From positions 66,857 to 130,856 of the forward strand of contig JAUCBJ010001154.1 in the NCBI GenBank assembly GCA_032718475.1: a stretch of 64,000 bases of DNA, read 5' to 3'. The notes beneath the pieces were generated by a model that did not search any database, had not been told where the DNA came from, and saw only the letters and a program-made list of their open reading frames with translations. Below, piece after piece: positions 24,373 to 38,120 of the stretch; positions within the stretch are counted from its first letter, which is position 1, and every line of letters begins with the position of its first letter. A program made the position numbers and the translations under genes. Source of the stretch: Nemertoderma westbladi. Its lineage: Eukaryota; Animalia; Xenacoelomorpha.

Positions 24373-26569
24373 TCTTATGATCACGATAAAACTATTTAAA
24401 TTTACATTCAAAAAATCATTACGCTGAAGCTTATTTATAGGCTATATATTTTTTACTAATACGTCATATACGACATGACCCACTCCAGGTCATGACCAAT
24501 TGTTATTGAAGTCCGACAAGCACTTTCTCTGGATTTAGGTCCAGTTCTGGTATAAACACTAATATCTGGAATCTAAGAGCTCTCTAATTTCAGACAGTTT
24601 TCATTCTAGGCACATGGATTTTCATAAAATATAAGTTTGGGAAATTCTACTTTTTATTTTTAAACTGCTGAACAGAATAAAAATAGTGGTTTAGATTTCA
24701 TAAGCAATAATTTTTCAAATTTTGATTTTCGTCATACTCATAACCATGGCAACGGGATTGTAAACAAATTCAAATAATATTTTGATAGACTTTTATATGG
24801 GCTGTCCTTTACTCACCTGCTGTACTTATTAAGATAAGAATAGAACTTACGTAGTCTTCAATAGGCGCGTAAATCCTGAACTTTGCACCTGGGTTACCTT
24901 TGCAGCAACAATCTAAAAATTCTAGAAACACATTTAAATATATTTCTACTGAACCTTAGCTTTTATATCCAACTCACAAATTTGTATCCCCGAAGTGACG
25001 AATACAATTTTATTAAAATAGTGTCGAAAATACTGAATAACCACCCTTCCCTAGGCCAGAGATATTTTATTACATCTCGGCATAATTTCTTGTTTCGACC
25101 CTATCGTAAAGTCCAATTCAACGTGGGAATGTTGCAATACCGACTCGTTTTTAATCAAGCCTGACTCCAGAGCGCACGGAAAACGGAACGGCTAGGTGTT
25201 TAATCAGAACCGAATCTTTAATTAAGGGTATGAATGCCCTTTCTGTTTGTTGTTACGTGTGATTAGTTGTGCAGTAGAGCATAATATTTCCTTATGTATG
25301 TTACCGGTTACCGCAGTAATCAGCAATTTTAATCTCCGACGGCTGATCAGTTCCGTGGCAGGAAATGACAAAAACCTTGCGATTCGTAAAATAGAAAGTT
25401 AGTTTATATGTTATAGGTAAGGACAACACTTTACTGTAGTAATAGAGTTGTTCTTGGTAATAACAGAAATATATTACAGCAATATTATTTGTTATTTAAA
25501 TTTAAAGCACTTTAAGTATCATTCTTAAGAATCTGTGTCAGATATAAAACTTCGTAGACCTTTGATGATAAGTTTGTAATACTTTGTATGTCCCAGATTA
25601 GTCTTTGTCTCTCAGAAAAGGTTGATATGAGATATGATTCTCGGAAAAATTCCACTCACCTGATATTTAATGCCATTACAGTATTATATACTTGAGTTGC
25701 AAGCTATTAGGATATAGGACATGTGATTACTTCAGGGCCACCTATCGATATTTCATGTAATCCATGGGACTTCATAGTATTACTGTACTTGATATTTTCT
25801 ATTTTACTTGAGAATTAATGTTTCTGTATTTCTATTTTTTACTATAGTATTATTTGGTATTTTCAGTTTTTACATTCAGGTTTCGAGTTCGTGCTATTAC
25901 TTTCAGATCTCATGCGTTTACTATGTACTATTGTTATAGTTTCTGTACTAGTACTAGTACTAGTATTATGCAGCTAAGTTGCTGTTGTTGGTATTATGCT
26001 GCACATGGTTCTTTCCATTTTGGTCTTCACCATTATTTCATATTTAAGAAATGCACTGAGGTATCCCGAATGGGTAGCACATGCTGTATGGCTGTCAGCT
26101 CCGGTCAGGATTCTGCTGTAAGAGCCATCTGCGATCTGAGATTTTTGCTAATTAAACTGGGACCTGGCAGTATTGTACTGTACCAGGTTATCCGCGCTGT
26201 ACTGTATATTGGCAGTATATCTGATACATTAGCGCGACCCGTTTAAGCACTCTGACTGCATATAAGCTTTGGTGATGGGGGAATGAAAGAGCCGCTACCT
26301 CTCCACTTACATTAACTCAGTTTCTCCACTTAACAGTCACCGTGATATCATAACGGCTTGAAATGTATATAACCTTCCCTTTTTTGATAAAGTTTTATTC
26401 CAAATATTCCACCTCTCATTCAGCATCGATAATTTTAGTCATTTATGTCTTAATATACCAAATATAAGTAAATAATAATAACAACTATTTTTTTAGAACA
26501 TCATCAATATCCGCGCATTATATGAAAGAATACATTTTTGTATGAATTTTTAATAGAAAACACTTTAAA

Positions 26570-26705
26570 AATGGTCTAAGATAGGGAGGGGTGCACCGGA
26601 AATGGTCTAAGATAGGGGTGCACCGGAAATGGTCTAAGATAGGGGTGCACCGAAAATGGTCTAAGATAGGGGTGCACCGGAAATGGTCTAAGATAGGGGT
26701 GCACA
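26570..26705. repeat. 27-bp tandem array made of flank + TSD + hAT left TIR
   Basis: AAATGGTCTAAGATAGGGGTGCACCGG x ~5. Confidence 0.85.
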
Positions 26706-27435
26706 GGATATCCCGCGGATTTTGGGCAAAATCTTCTATCCGGTAATCCGGCCCGATAAATGCGGAATCTGCCGTATAATTTGTATAGTCAATTATTTGT
26801 ATAACTTTTATTATTAATACTCACGCTTTCTTTTAAGTAATTTTAATTTAATACTCAGCTGACAAAAATATGTTCATGACAAGTTTACTGCATGTTCTAA
26901 AATAAATATATTCTTTAAATATTATAATATTATCAAGATCAACTCAATCAACCAATATATAATATATGAAATCAACTCAAATCAACATATCATATCAAAT
27001 CAACTCAAACTCATATCAATTGAAATTAATTTCAAACTTTATCAAGTTATGGTAAATAAAGACGAGCTCTTCACCCCCTCTTGGGAAGAAGACGACTCCT
27101 CTTCTCATCTAGAATGTCTCCATATACTCGGAGAGCATTGCCTCCGAGAAGATACGTGATCCTGAAGTTAGGTGGCGCCAATCCCAATGTACCGATACTT
27201 TATACAAATATTTGAGAAGCAAAGCTTCGATTTATCTTCCATTGGCAATGATTAAGCCTACAGAATTAGGGCACAAACAGCTATCGCAATGCAGCTTAGT
27301 CACTTAAGCTCTGGTGACAAGGCAATAAAGGCTCTATAAATAAGTCAATGAGTAGAACCTGGACTATCCGGCCGGATATCCTCAACTCATAATTCTACCG
27401 GATATCCATCCGAAGTGCTATCCGGTGCTCCCCTA
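26694..27435 (-). mobile_element. Internally deleted hAT transposon with remnant of the C-terminal dimerization domain
   Basis: TIR TAGGGGTGCAC..GGATA / TATCCGGTGCTCCCCTA; 8-bp TSD GTCTAAGA. Minus strand YGDILDEKRSRLLPKR/EELVFIYHNL at ~27040-27125 (frameshifted). Confidence 0.8.
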
Positions 27436-28444
27436 GTCTAAGACATGTTCTTTGCTTAATGCGCTATTAATTGAAATCTACTCAACCCCCTGTGGTATTG
27501 AAATAGTTTTGTATGCGACTTAATGTGATTAATGTGATTATTAAGGTGTCCTTACGAGATACCTCCACCTCCTAGTCTTATGGTGTAATTAAATATCGTA
27601 ATTGTGATAATATTATTTCAAACAAGTTGTACCTTTTTAATTGAGTGATAATATTACCCTATTTTCTCCTGCGAGATGTACACCCAGAGATACGAATGTG
27701 GGCCTGTCATAATCTATTGGCGGATGGCGACTTACCATAACACAGCGCTCCTACCTACAAACGCTATCCCATGGGTGCACTTGGAACGACCGAGAGATTT
27801 CCCTGAGGACTTCTGTATACTCAGTGTGGCTAAAGGTGGAAGGCCTCACGTACAACGCAAGGACGTTCTAGGGCATCTATTAGCGAGCAATGACAATAGA
27901 ACAATAGCAAACTGAAACATCGAACTTCACCTTGGCTTTAATAATTGATTAAGTAACTCCAAAATTTACGTTCTTGTTTGAAATGGATGCCGGGATGAAA
28001 AGGACAGAACCCAACGATATGTGGGATTTACTAAATTAATATTTCCATCGCGTGGTTGTTTTAATTCGCAAGGTTTGCAAAGCGGTTTTATATTTCAATC
28101 CACCTATATTTTTAGGTGGAGTGTACATCTGAATCTCAAAAATATCATATACCACAATACCAGACCCAATAAAAATCCTTCTAACCATATTTCACTAAAT
28201 CGTGAGGCTTGTAATGGCAGGAGCTGCAGGGGCATCGTAGGAACGAGGTGGTGCCATACAGTGGATGGTGCCATACAGAGTGGATGGTGCCATACAGTGG
28301 ATGGTGCCATACAGTGGATGGTGCCTTACAGTGGATGGTGCCATACAGCATACATAATCTTGCGTCTCGTCTGAGAGTAAATATGATTGTAAACTAGATC
28401 GGCGTAGGGACGACCAGGTTGATAAGGTTCATTAGTTGGCTGGA

Positions 28445-29300
28445 ATCCATGCGGAACTCATACTAAGAGATCCATGTGGAACTCATACTAAGGGATCCAT
28501 GTGGAACTCATATTAAGAGATCCATGTGGAACTCATACTAAGAGATCCATGTGGAACTCATACTAAGGGATCCATGTAGGACTCATTCTAAGAGATCCAT
28601 GTGGAACTCATACTAAGGGATCCATGTTGAACTCATACTAAGGGATCCATGTGGAACTCATACTAAGGGATCCATGTGGAACTCATACTAAGGGATCCAT
28701 GTGGAACTCATACAAAGGGATCCTTATGGAACTCATACTAAGGGATCCATGTTGAACTCATACTAAGGGATCCATGTGGAACTCATACTAAGGGATCCAT
28801 GTGGAACTCATACTAAGGGATCCATGTGGAACTCATACTAAGGGATCCTTATGGAACTCATACTAAGGGATCCATGTGGAACTCATACTAAGGGATCCAT
28901 GTTGAACTCATACTAAGGGATCCATGTGGAAGTCATACTAAGGGATCCGTGTGGAACTCATACTAAGGGATCCATGTTGAACTCATACTAAGGATCCATG
29001 TGGAACTCATACTAAGGGATCCTTATGGAACTCATACTAAGGGATCCATGTGGAACTCATACTAAGGGATCCATGTTGAACTCATACTAAGGGATCCATG
29101 TGGAACTCATACTAAGGGATCCTTATGGAACTCATACTAAGGGATCCATGTGGAACTCATACTAAGGGATCCATGTTGAACTCATAATAAGGGATCCATG
29201 TGGAAGTCATACTAAGGGATCCATGTGGAACTCATACTAAGGGATCCATGTGGGACTCATACTAAGGGATCCTTATGCAACTCATACTAAGGGATCCATG
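28445..29300. repeat. 25-bp minisatellite, ~34 copies
   Basis: Unit TCCATGTGGAACTCATACTAAGGGA. Confidence 0.95.
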
Positions 29301-29554
29301 TCATTACGGGTGTCACTACGGGCACCACTACGGGTGTCACTACGGCTACCTACTACGGGTACCGATTTCAGACTTTTGACAGACTACATGTGTACCATGA
29401 TTATTGATAGTAACAATGTGTTGGCAAGCTGTATTTTTCGAGGTGTTTGTTATTATACATTTATTATAAGAAGGGATCTAGACTATCAATAATCAAAAAT
29501 CAGGGGCTAATAAAATGGCAGCTGTCTTTGAAATTAATACTCCATATCTCAAGA

Positions 29555-29619
29555 ACCTGTGGCCTAGTGGTTGTAGTCTCGGCTTCCGCCTCGAGGTCCC
29601 AGGTTCGAATCCGACACCA
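29555..29619 (+). promoter_or_regulatory. tRNA(Gly-TCC)-like Pol III internal promoter (A and B boxes); not a functional tRNA
   Basis: A box TGGCCTAGTGG (29560-29570), anticodon-like loop CTTCCGC, B box GGTTCGAATCC (29602-29612). No acceptor stem pairing. Confidence 0.75.
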
Positions 29620-29658
29620 CGCTGATGAGACCCAGTAAGGTCGAAACGCGTACGTGGT
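29616..29658 (+). ncRNA. Minimal type I hammerhead ribozyme; predicted cleavage after GUA (A29652)
   Basis: ACCACG CTGATGA GACC CAGTAA GGTC GAAA CGCG TA CGTGGT. Confidence 0.9.
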
Positions 29659-31447
29659 TTGGAGAGATATGAGATATTAATTTCAAGAAAAAATTACGCG
29701 ATTCCTAAATTTGTACACTACCCGGTTAAAAAGTACGCATGTGATGGGATTAGTCCTACAATTGCGCACAAAAGATAAGTTATTTTCGGTAAACTAAACT
29801 TATCATTCGAGGTTAAGACCCCTAGATCCCTTCTTATAATAACATGTGTACCAAGTTCGGTTTATTTACGTGGACGGACTGACGGACAGACAGACTGATA
29901 GACCGCTCGACGAACAATGTTAGAAACATCGGACCCCGCATTCATAGATTACCACGGTATATAAGTCTTGGATGTGTCTATGATTGGCCCCTATAGGGAT
30001 CCATAAATGTTTTTTCTTTATGAAATAATGAAACTTTTTCCGAAATGTAAAAAAGTTACCTTTTTTTAATAATATGTACTAATAAATAACTTTGTATAAC
30101 TAACACACATTGGTATATTATAAATTATTTAAATATATTATACAACACAGTTGCTCTTAGTCATAAATACTGCAGCAAAATGATTATCATCTTATTATTA
30201 CTATGGTAACTATACTCTGAGCCAAAAGTAAACGTACTACTTATTAGCTCTGTTGATTAATTAAAGGAAAGGACCAGGTTACAGCGGCACGTTATTTTAA
30301 CCAAAACAATAATGGACGTGATACTACGTAAACTTTTGGCTCATAATAATATTGAATATAATATATACTGTAGTGTTAATTTAATATATTATGCACTAAT
30401 ATGCTTCGAGAATATAGTTTTACATTGTACAGTAGTTGTGTAACTTCGAAACAATTAGACAAAGCAATTAGTTGTTTTTGAACAATCTGCTAGCAGCAAC
30501 GTTTTTTTATAAATATCACTATACACATTTTAATAGCTGACATTATAATATTATATATGGGAAAAAACACTAAATTCAGATAGACAACCGCTTAGCTCGA
30601 CATTAAATAATAAATTGCACATACTATATCATACCAAGCTACTCTACAGAGATTGTCGAAGCCAACTTCATAAGAAAACAAATACGTAAACATTCATTAC
30701 CATTTAGTTTATCTGTCGTTTGTTTTTGATGGATGAAACACAAAATATGAAAAAATAACTATGTTTTTAGACCACTTTTATTAAAACTACCAACAACTGC
30801 ACCTACATCGCGACGACGACGATATGGTTGGTTTTATTAACAATCTTGTAACAATATGCAAATAGCATTTTACTGGGGGGTCGGGTAGCGCCCCCAAATA
30901 CAACTTTTCATTGTGACGTTTCCGCAGCCTAAAATTGAGTGAAAATTGAAGTTAGTGCTACCAAATATCGTCTGGGGAGTTTAGGAATGGCCAAACCAAT
31001 TTTTGTTGGGAGCCTTTTTGCTGGGCCTTATTCAAATGAAAATATCGTGCTGCTCGAAGGCTTGTCAAAAAACAGAATAGCTTTTACGTTTTAACCAATA
31101 ACTCTATAGTTTCAGAAATAGATATAGATAATAGATATGAGAAATATGCTTGCAGATTTGAAATCGGCATTACATTCGGCACAGGATAGGATCATATTCA
31201 AAAATACGGGGTCGCTACCCCCCCCCCCCCCCCCCCCCTTAATTAAAGATTTTTCACTTTACAAATAGAGTCATCACATCAACTTCTAATTTTGTATTGC
31301 GCAACTTGTTTACTTACCGTAAAATAAAATAATATTCGTATAATAACTGAACTACTGCACCTATTACATTACTTACACGTTGTAAGTAACAATCACTACT
31401 GCTTGTAATGTTGTTACTGTAGACTTACTGTATGAGTATACGTAGTA

Positions 31448-31911
31448 TCAATAGGCACAGGGTGTGTTGTGTTCCAGTTCGCCAGTCATCCAACCCAATT
31501 CTCCGTAAGTGTAACCGTGGTCTGGTCTCATTCCCGGCGCATTCATTCCCCCAGGGGGCCCCAGTCGAGGGCCTTCCCCTATGCTGATGGGCCCACCCGG
31601 TAGACACGGCACTGTTGAGAGGTTCGGGTGAAGGTAGGGGGGCGCGTTCTGATTGGCTAATAGTTGTGGAGGAAGTACAGGGGAAAATCCCAAGGGGAAA
31701 CAATTGGAGGGGGCGCTAGCCATTCGGTTGCAGAAGTACTGATCGGGGGAGGGGAATATTGCGTCCACTGGGACGGCGTTAGTGGTGGAAGGCGACACAT
31801 TGTGATGGCCAATAGTTGATACCGATAAGTCGGCGCTAGGAGGCGTACTACATTCGGATGGCGACATATTGTGTTGTAACTTGTTGCCATTATTGTTGTT
31901 TTCCATTGAAG
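31448..31911 (-). CDS. LHX3: LIM homeobox Lhx3/4, last exon (Pro-rich C-terminus)
   Basis: Acceptor tattttcAG at 31912; phase 1 fits the previous exon; open to the stop at 31448. Confidence 0.8.
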
Positions 31912-31975
31912 CTGAAAATAAAAAGAAAAAAAATGAATCATTCGTGGTACAAACCAGAATTATATTTTACAAGAG

Positions 31976-32110
31976 TAATGGTAAACTGTAATGGTAATGG
32001 TAAACTGTAATGGTAATGGTTAACTGTAATGCCGTAATGGTAATGGTAAACTGTAATGGTAATGGTAAACTATAATGGTAATGGTAAGCTGTAATGGTAA
32101 TGGTAAACTG
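31976..32110. repeat. 19-bp GGTAAT-rich intronic tandem repeat
   Basis: GGTAAACTGTAATGGTAAT x ~7. Confidence 0.85.
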
Positions 32111-32160
32111 TCTGCTTTCAATTTATACATTCAATGAGTTTATTTATATGATTTACTTAC

Positions 32161-32295
32161 AGTCAAACTCTCCGGAGAAACAACTCAACGGAGATGATGG
32201 CGGCGAATCCATATTGTCGAGAATATCGCTTCGGTTCATTATTCTAGAACGCTTAGATGGGCGGGAAATACCGTGGTGCGTAAATGAATTAGCGC
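32161..32295 (-). CDS. LHX3: Lhx3/4 internal exon after the homeodomain
   Basis: AG at 32296-32297, GTAAGT at 32160; 135 nt open frame ANSFTHHGISRP...GEFD; phase 1/1. Confidence 0.78.
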
Positions 32296-32412
32296 CTTAA
32301 ATAAATATTAATGTTTTGGTTGTATTTGTAGATATAGATGATATACGTAATATAATGAAAATAAAAAAACAATTACTTATTGATGGATTAAATGTAAATT
32401 GTAATTAATTTA

Positions 32413-32754
<342 letters not shown>

Positions 32755-32840
32755 TTAGTAAACTTATTGTTGCAAAGCATGGATTTATAATTCTAATAAA
32801 TCAATGATCCGTATGTATATGTAAGCAGCTGGTTTATTAC

Positions 32841-33043
32841 CTCTTTGCCTCGCCAATTCGTAGTCAGCTTTGCACATTAGTTTATTATCCTCCATTAGGT
32901 AGAACTCGTCCCCAGTTGCCAACTCGCGTCGACACAGCACGCACACGAAACAGTCGAGATGGTAGGTCTTATCCTGAGCCCGTCGGACTATCTCCGTAGA
33001 TGGGATCCCTTTATCGCAACCGGCGCAACGCGTACCAAACCGA
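32841..33043 (-). CDS. LHX3: Lhx3/4 LIM2 exon
   Basis: RFGTRCAGCDKGIPSTEIVRRAQDKTYHLDCFVCVLCRRELATGDEFYLMEDNKLMCKADYE; canonical AG/GT; absent from the ORF track. Confidence 0.95.
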
Positions 33044-35429
33044 CTAAATAAATTAACGATTTATAATGTTTAACGTTTGTTTGCACACCATCCACTCAAA
33101 AAGCGACAGATTTAACAAACAGTAATATATTTATTTCAAATTTACTTTAATCGTTATTCCAGTATTTCAGGAATAACTATTTGAATATTCCTACGAATAA
33201 ATTTATGGAAATGAAACCGAGGGATCTTATTTTCTTTAAAATGGCGATTTTCACCTTCAAATTTGTCTTAAACAAAAACAATAAAATAACGGATGTTCTA
33301 GTACCGCGATATAACATTGCTGTAACATCTGCTATCTGTATCATCAGTAACCGTTATTTATTTTCATTTATAGTATTTAGGGGGTCTGGTATTGTCAGAC
33401 ACACCACATATCCATCGTCTACAGGTACTACATGGGAGCCAAGTGTGAATGAATCCGGGATGCTTTACAAGTACTACGTTGCGGAGCGTTGGTCCACTGT
33501 GGGCGAGGGAAGGTGAAACAGTAATATTGTCTATTGTGGAATTTATAATAACGTTTTACATGAAAATTAAATAGCTTTATTTCCCGCATCATCCATTGAT
33601 ATATAATTATCCGGTTGACCGATATCGCTCGGCAAATTATAAATCTCGGGGATTTCGGGAAAAAATAATCATAATAATAGTGATTTCCATCTCATCATAA
33701 TTTAAATTGGAATTTAATTTATTTTTAAAGTTAGCAATCGTCGGGCAAAAATTAGGCAAATTGTCCTTGTGCATATCAGTTACCACGGGTTTCGTTATAG
33801 TTAAGTTGACCTTGTTCACTGCTCGACGAGGCGGGTTTGTCCTTGTGGAGGCGGCGTTCGATTAGGAGCGGTTACTATCGGAGTTATTGCTCCATTTGTC
33901 ATCTTTTAGTTGATTCGGACCAACACCTACTGCCCGAAACCCATTAACAGATTGTGCTACAAACCTGACCCACGCTCCGCGCTCTCGCGGCCTTTAATCA
34001 TGGCCAAGCGCATTTGTATATCGCGAGTCGGTCAATGATTGTATGGCGCTGGGCCAAGCGGATCAAGCGGGCCTTTAACATGGGGGCTATGTGTCGCGTG
34101 GCGAGGTTTACCTGAGAGAAAGTTGGCCTAATCCGTCGCGTGCGGTTTCACGGCCAAGCCATAATCAATCCCCACTGATGCCGGAATATTCTCAGGGTGA
34201 ATGGGGCGGGATCGCGCGCGAATCTAGGCGTTATGTTTTCATTGTGTATAATCATACAGAGGCCATAGTGCGTTAGCGGCATCTCTATCTCTACCCACCC
34301 GGCACAACTTAATGAGCTTTGGGAACCCAGCCTACACATTATACATCGAGTTAAGTTCGTAAAACTTTTCTAAACTTAATCTCTACAAGGACAAAAGACG
34401 GAGATTTACTCTAAGCTCTTTCCAGAATTTTCTTAATTCCCGAAGCATTGGTTATATAGGAACTGCGTTCGGCTTTATTTATTGTACGACCGGTTGTATT
34501 GCTTCACTCTCAAGACAGATTTGTGAGTTGGCTTTCAGGCAGGCTCAAAGTTTATTTCGATGCGTAGGTTTAAAGGCATCAATGGGAGGTTGAGTTTAGG
34601 CAAGCCAAGGTTGCCCTTGTCAGGATGTCACTGTGAGTAAATTGATTAGTTCGGTACCTTCGGAAGGTAATCCCTAAGCATAATTCGTGGTGGAGTTACT
34701 GGAGTTGGAGAGATTTATAGGAGACAAGGTTGGCATAATACTAACTCGACGCGTCCAGCTTTCCCTTAGGAATAAAAATGCTAAAGAAAATAAACACACC
34801 ACAAAGGCCAATTTTTGCCGAGTCAAGAGAAGAGACTACATCACATAGAGTCTTCCGTACTCTTCTCCACAATAAAAAAAAGTTAATAAAATCAATGTGA
34901 TCCACTAAACGCGAACTACATAATTACGATCTCCGCGATATCGTTTATTTATTGATGCTGTTTTGTTTACTTCAAATAAGTCATTTCATTGTAGGTCAAG
35001 TAACATGGTTTCAACAATGGTTTATTGAAATTAGTGTCTTTTGACTTACGGGTTTTTACTATTTGCAGAAAAGGCGCGAAATTTTCAAATTGAAATTTCA
35101 CCAAGTGACTTGCGGCTTTTGTCATCATATGGCTGTATCCTACGGAATTAAAGCAGAATTTAATGAGGATTTCAAATCTGAACATGACTTGGCGAGATCT
35201 GTTTCTATGCATTTTCATTAATCACCTGAAGAAGCCCTCCTGATGGGAGAAATCTAGTAATCTAACTGTTGTTACTAATTCCATTAGTCATCTGAGGTCA
35301 ACCCGCCCTACCTTAACTGTTTAGTATAATTCCTTCTTAAGTGCTTTAAGCGAAACGAGATCGCTTTTAGATTTCGAGTTATCACTGTTTCTCCATGTCC
35401 GCCGGTCTGACCGTCAACATGTAAGTTTA

Positions 35430-35752
35430 GACAGACAGCCAGAGCCAGACCAATAGTCAGACAGATTGTACCAGAGCCAGACAAATAGTCAGACAGACAG
35501 CCAGAGCCAGACCAATAGTCTGGCAGATTGTACCAGAGCCAGACAAATAGTCAGACAGACAGCCAGAGCCAGACCAATAGTCAGACAGATTGTACCAGAG
35601 CCAGACAAATAGTCAGACAGACAGCCAGAGCCAGACCAATAGTCTGACAGATTGTACCAGAGCCAGACCAATAGTCAGACAGATTGTACCAGAGCCAGAC
35701 CAATAGTCAGACAGATTGTACCAGAGCCAAACCAATAGTCAGACAGATTGTA
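35430..35752. repeat. Composite ~30-34-bp tandem array in Lhx3 intron
   Basis: CCAGAGCCAGACCAATAGTCAGACAGATTGTA variants. Confidence 0.88.
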
Positions 35753-38120
35753 CAGAACATAAAAATTGTCATTGGAAATTAAATCGCGGACTTCGAAAAC
35801 CACCGTAATGAAAATTATAGCTCTGTGGTGTGTTTCCTTCATGCCAGACATTATTAACCAACCAGAATCCAGACAGACAGTTTTGAGCGGGAAGATTTAA
35901 ACTTTGAAGACAATTTTCTCAGAAAGAGATTTTTCCCCGCAAACAAACACTCCTCTGCCAATTCTTAACCCGTTTTATTGTAATTTTCGCTCCATATGAT
36001 AGGTAATTTCATAAGTTTCGATAACTTTCATGCAGTTTTTTTCTACTTCATAATATTTCCCCGTTCCCACCAAAGCTTTTTGTTTATGCAACCTCTTTCG
36101 AGTTATTTACAAATTAAGGGGGGGGGGGGTTGCCCCCCCCCCCCCTTAATGAGTGCATTAAATAGTATACAAAGCAAAAACACCGCAACTGACAGACTTG
36201 CGGTGTTTTGTCATTGCGACATTTGTTTTTGCATTGCATCGAATGTATTTGCATGCAGGTTGTACAATTCAAAAACACCGTAAATACAAAAAAATTCCTG
36301 AAGTCGAAATATTAATGGAAAGTGAAAAATAATTACGTAGAAAAATTTCCCACCCCAAATTGCGAAGGGTTATAAAAAATTAGTAATTTACGGACATTTT
36401 AAACCATCAATCTGAAGGAAAACAGGAACTTGCGAATTTTTTTACTGGAAATGACTTTTGTGACCTGCGGTCTTTTCACATTGCGCGGCAGTATTAGCTG
36501 TCTCCAAATCACTGAAGGTTGTCCAGAATTAGAATTCAGAGAGCTGATCTATCAGATACTATGCTTTATCTTGGAATAATACGTGAATGATACTTTGTGG
36601 GTCTGCCTTTTACATTTTGATGGTTTACCCTACAATGATGAACAAAATATTATTTATGCCAAACCGAATTCTTTCGTATTTTAATATGCACCTGTAATTA
36701 AAAAAAATATCGAATAATTTGCAGGCCACCTCTTTTGCCGCAGTTGGCTATCGGGATGAATGGCTAGATCGACGGAGTTCCCATGATGGGTCACTACATA
36801 CTTGTTCCATTCTTGTATCAACATATTTGCACTCAACGGCTACATACATATCCATTCACAGTACAAGGATGTAATTTAAGGCCGGTCCCACAACGTAACA
36901 TCTCCACAGTTCGCGATCAGCGTAAATCCCGAATTCATCTACATTACCAAGACCTGTCAATGGCTGACCAGACCACCAGGAATGTCAATGGCTGACCAGA
37001 CCACCATCTCCAGCCAGCTGCCCTGAACACGGTCGCGTAGGGCTGCTCAGTTCTACAAGGGCAGCCTCTGGCAAATTTCATTCATTGTGTCTATCTGTAG
37101 GGTGGTGCTGTGTTTTGGCCATTCTTTTTTACCATCTAGATTCTACAATGCCTCATTTGTTAACTAAGTCTTGTATTTTATGTTATGATCAAACCATCAA
37201 GTATCCTGGTGTACGGATGTGCTACCTTCGAGCGTATTAGATGATTTACTAGTTTGATCTGATCCTGACTAGGTTAAAGGTATTGAGCTCAGCAAAATAA
37301 AATGGTAAATATTCCCTCTTATTACCTACATTACTGCTCGTCGACCAGAGATGTAGCTCACTAGCAGACTGGTGATATAATATGCCGTAGATCAAAGAAG
37401 AAATGGGGCCGAGGGAGGGCCCCTTTGCATGACACTAATTAGGTTTTGCGCTTTACATGTTACATAGGCGGCCTAGTGATGTAAACGACAAGGTAGCCGT
37501 TGTCTAATTAGGGTATCCCGCTGTAATCGACATGTAACCAGCTTCTACTTGTATCGTGGGAGGTTGCCAGTCGTTCAGTATTGGAGGCTAATCCTTTAAC
37601 ATGGCCATATTTTCGGACTCACGCTCGCCAGACTTAAACGGATGGATGGGTGCATTAAAGGACACGCGTTCATCGTAAGAAATAATCTCGGTTCTGTCAT
37701 TAACATATACAATATACCTATTACGCGAAATTGCGAACAATCCTAATCCTGCTGCATTTAAACGATAAACATACTGACCTGGATAAGGCACACGATATGT
37801 TTTATTGCATTGTAAGTGGATAGATATCGCACCCGCGCCAACCCCGAGATTCCCAAGATATTTTATTCAAATTAATTGAAATATTGAAATAATTAATTGA
37901 AATATTTAATTCCTCCGCATGTTTCAAAATCGGGAAGTTATCTTATACTTTTTATCACGCTCTCACAATGTCCGAAGAGCTTGGGGGTGAGGCTGGACGG
38001 CTGGACGCCATATTGTATTCATTGTATATTAAACGCAATTATTACCAACGAATCCGAAACGTATTATTATTTTTATTATTTTTAAATGTTATTTTATTAT
38101 ATATAGTATTATTTTTATTC

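Larger units (their letters stand above)
29398..29841 (+). mobile_element. tRNA-promoter/hammerhead element, monomer with inverted 5' segment
   Basis: 29398-29482 is antisense and 29483-29841 sense relative to the 413-bp unit. 12-bp TSD ACATGTGTACCA (29386-29397, 29842-29853). Confidence 0.85.

Noticed and set aside
28445-29300. Possible CRISPR array
   Set aside because: Contiguous 25-bp units with no spacers; eukaryotic context.
29555-29619. Functional tRNA-Gly gene
   Set aside because: A/B boxes are present but there is no paired acceptor stem; it is embedded in a mobile repeat.
35221-35262. Second hammerhead family (CTGAAGA...GAAATCTAGTA)
   Set aside because: Core-like words are present but stem II is weak and I cannot form stem I; at best a decayed Penelope-type motif.
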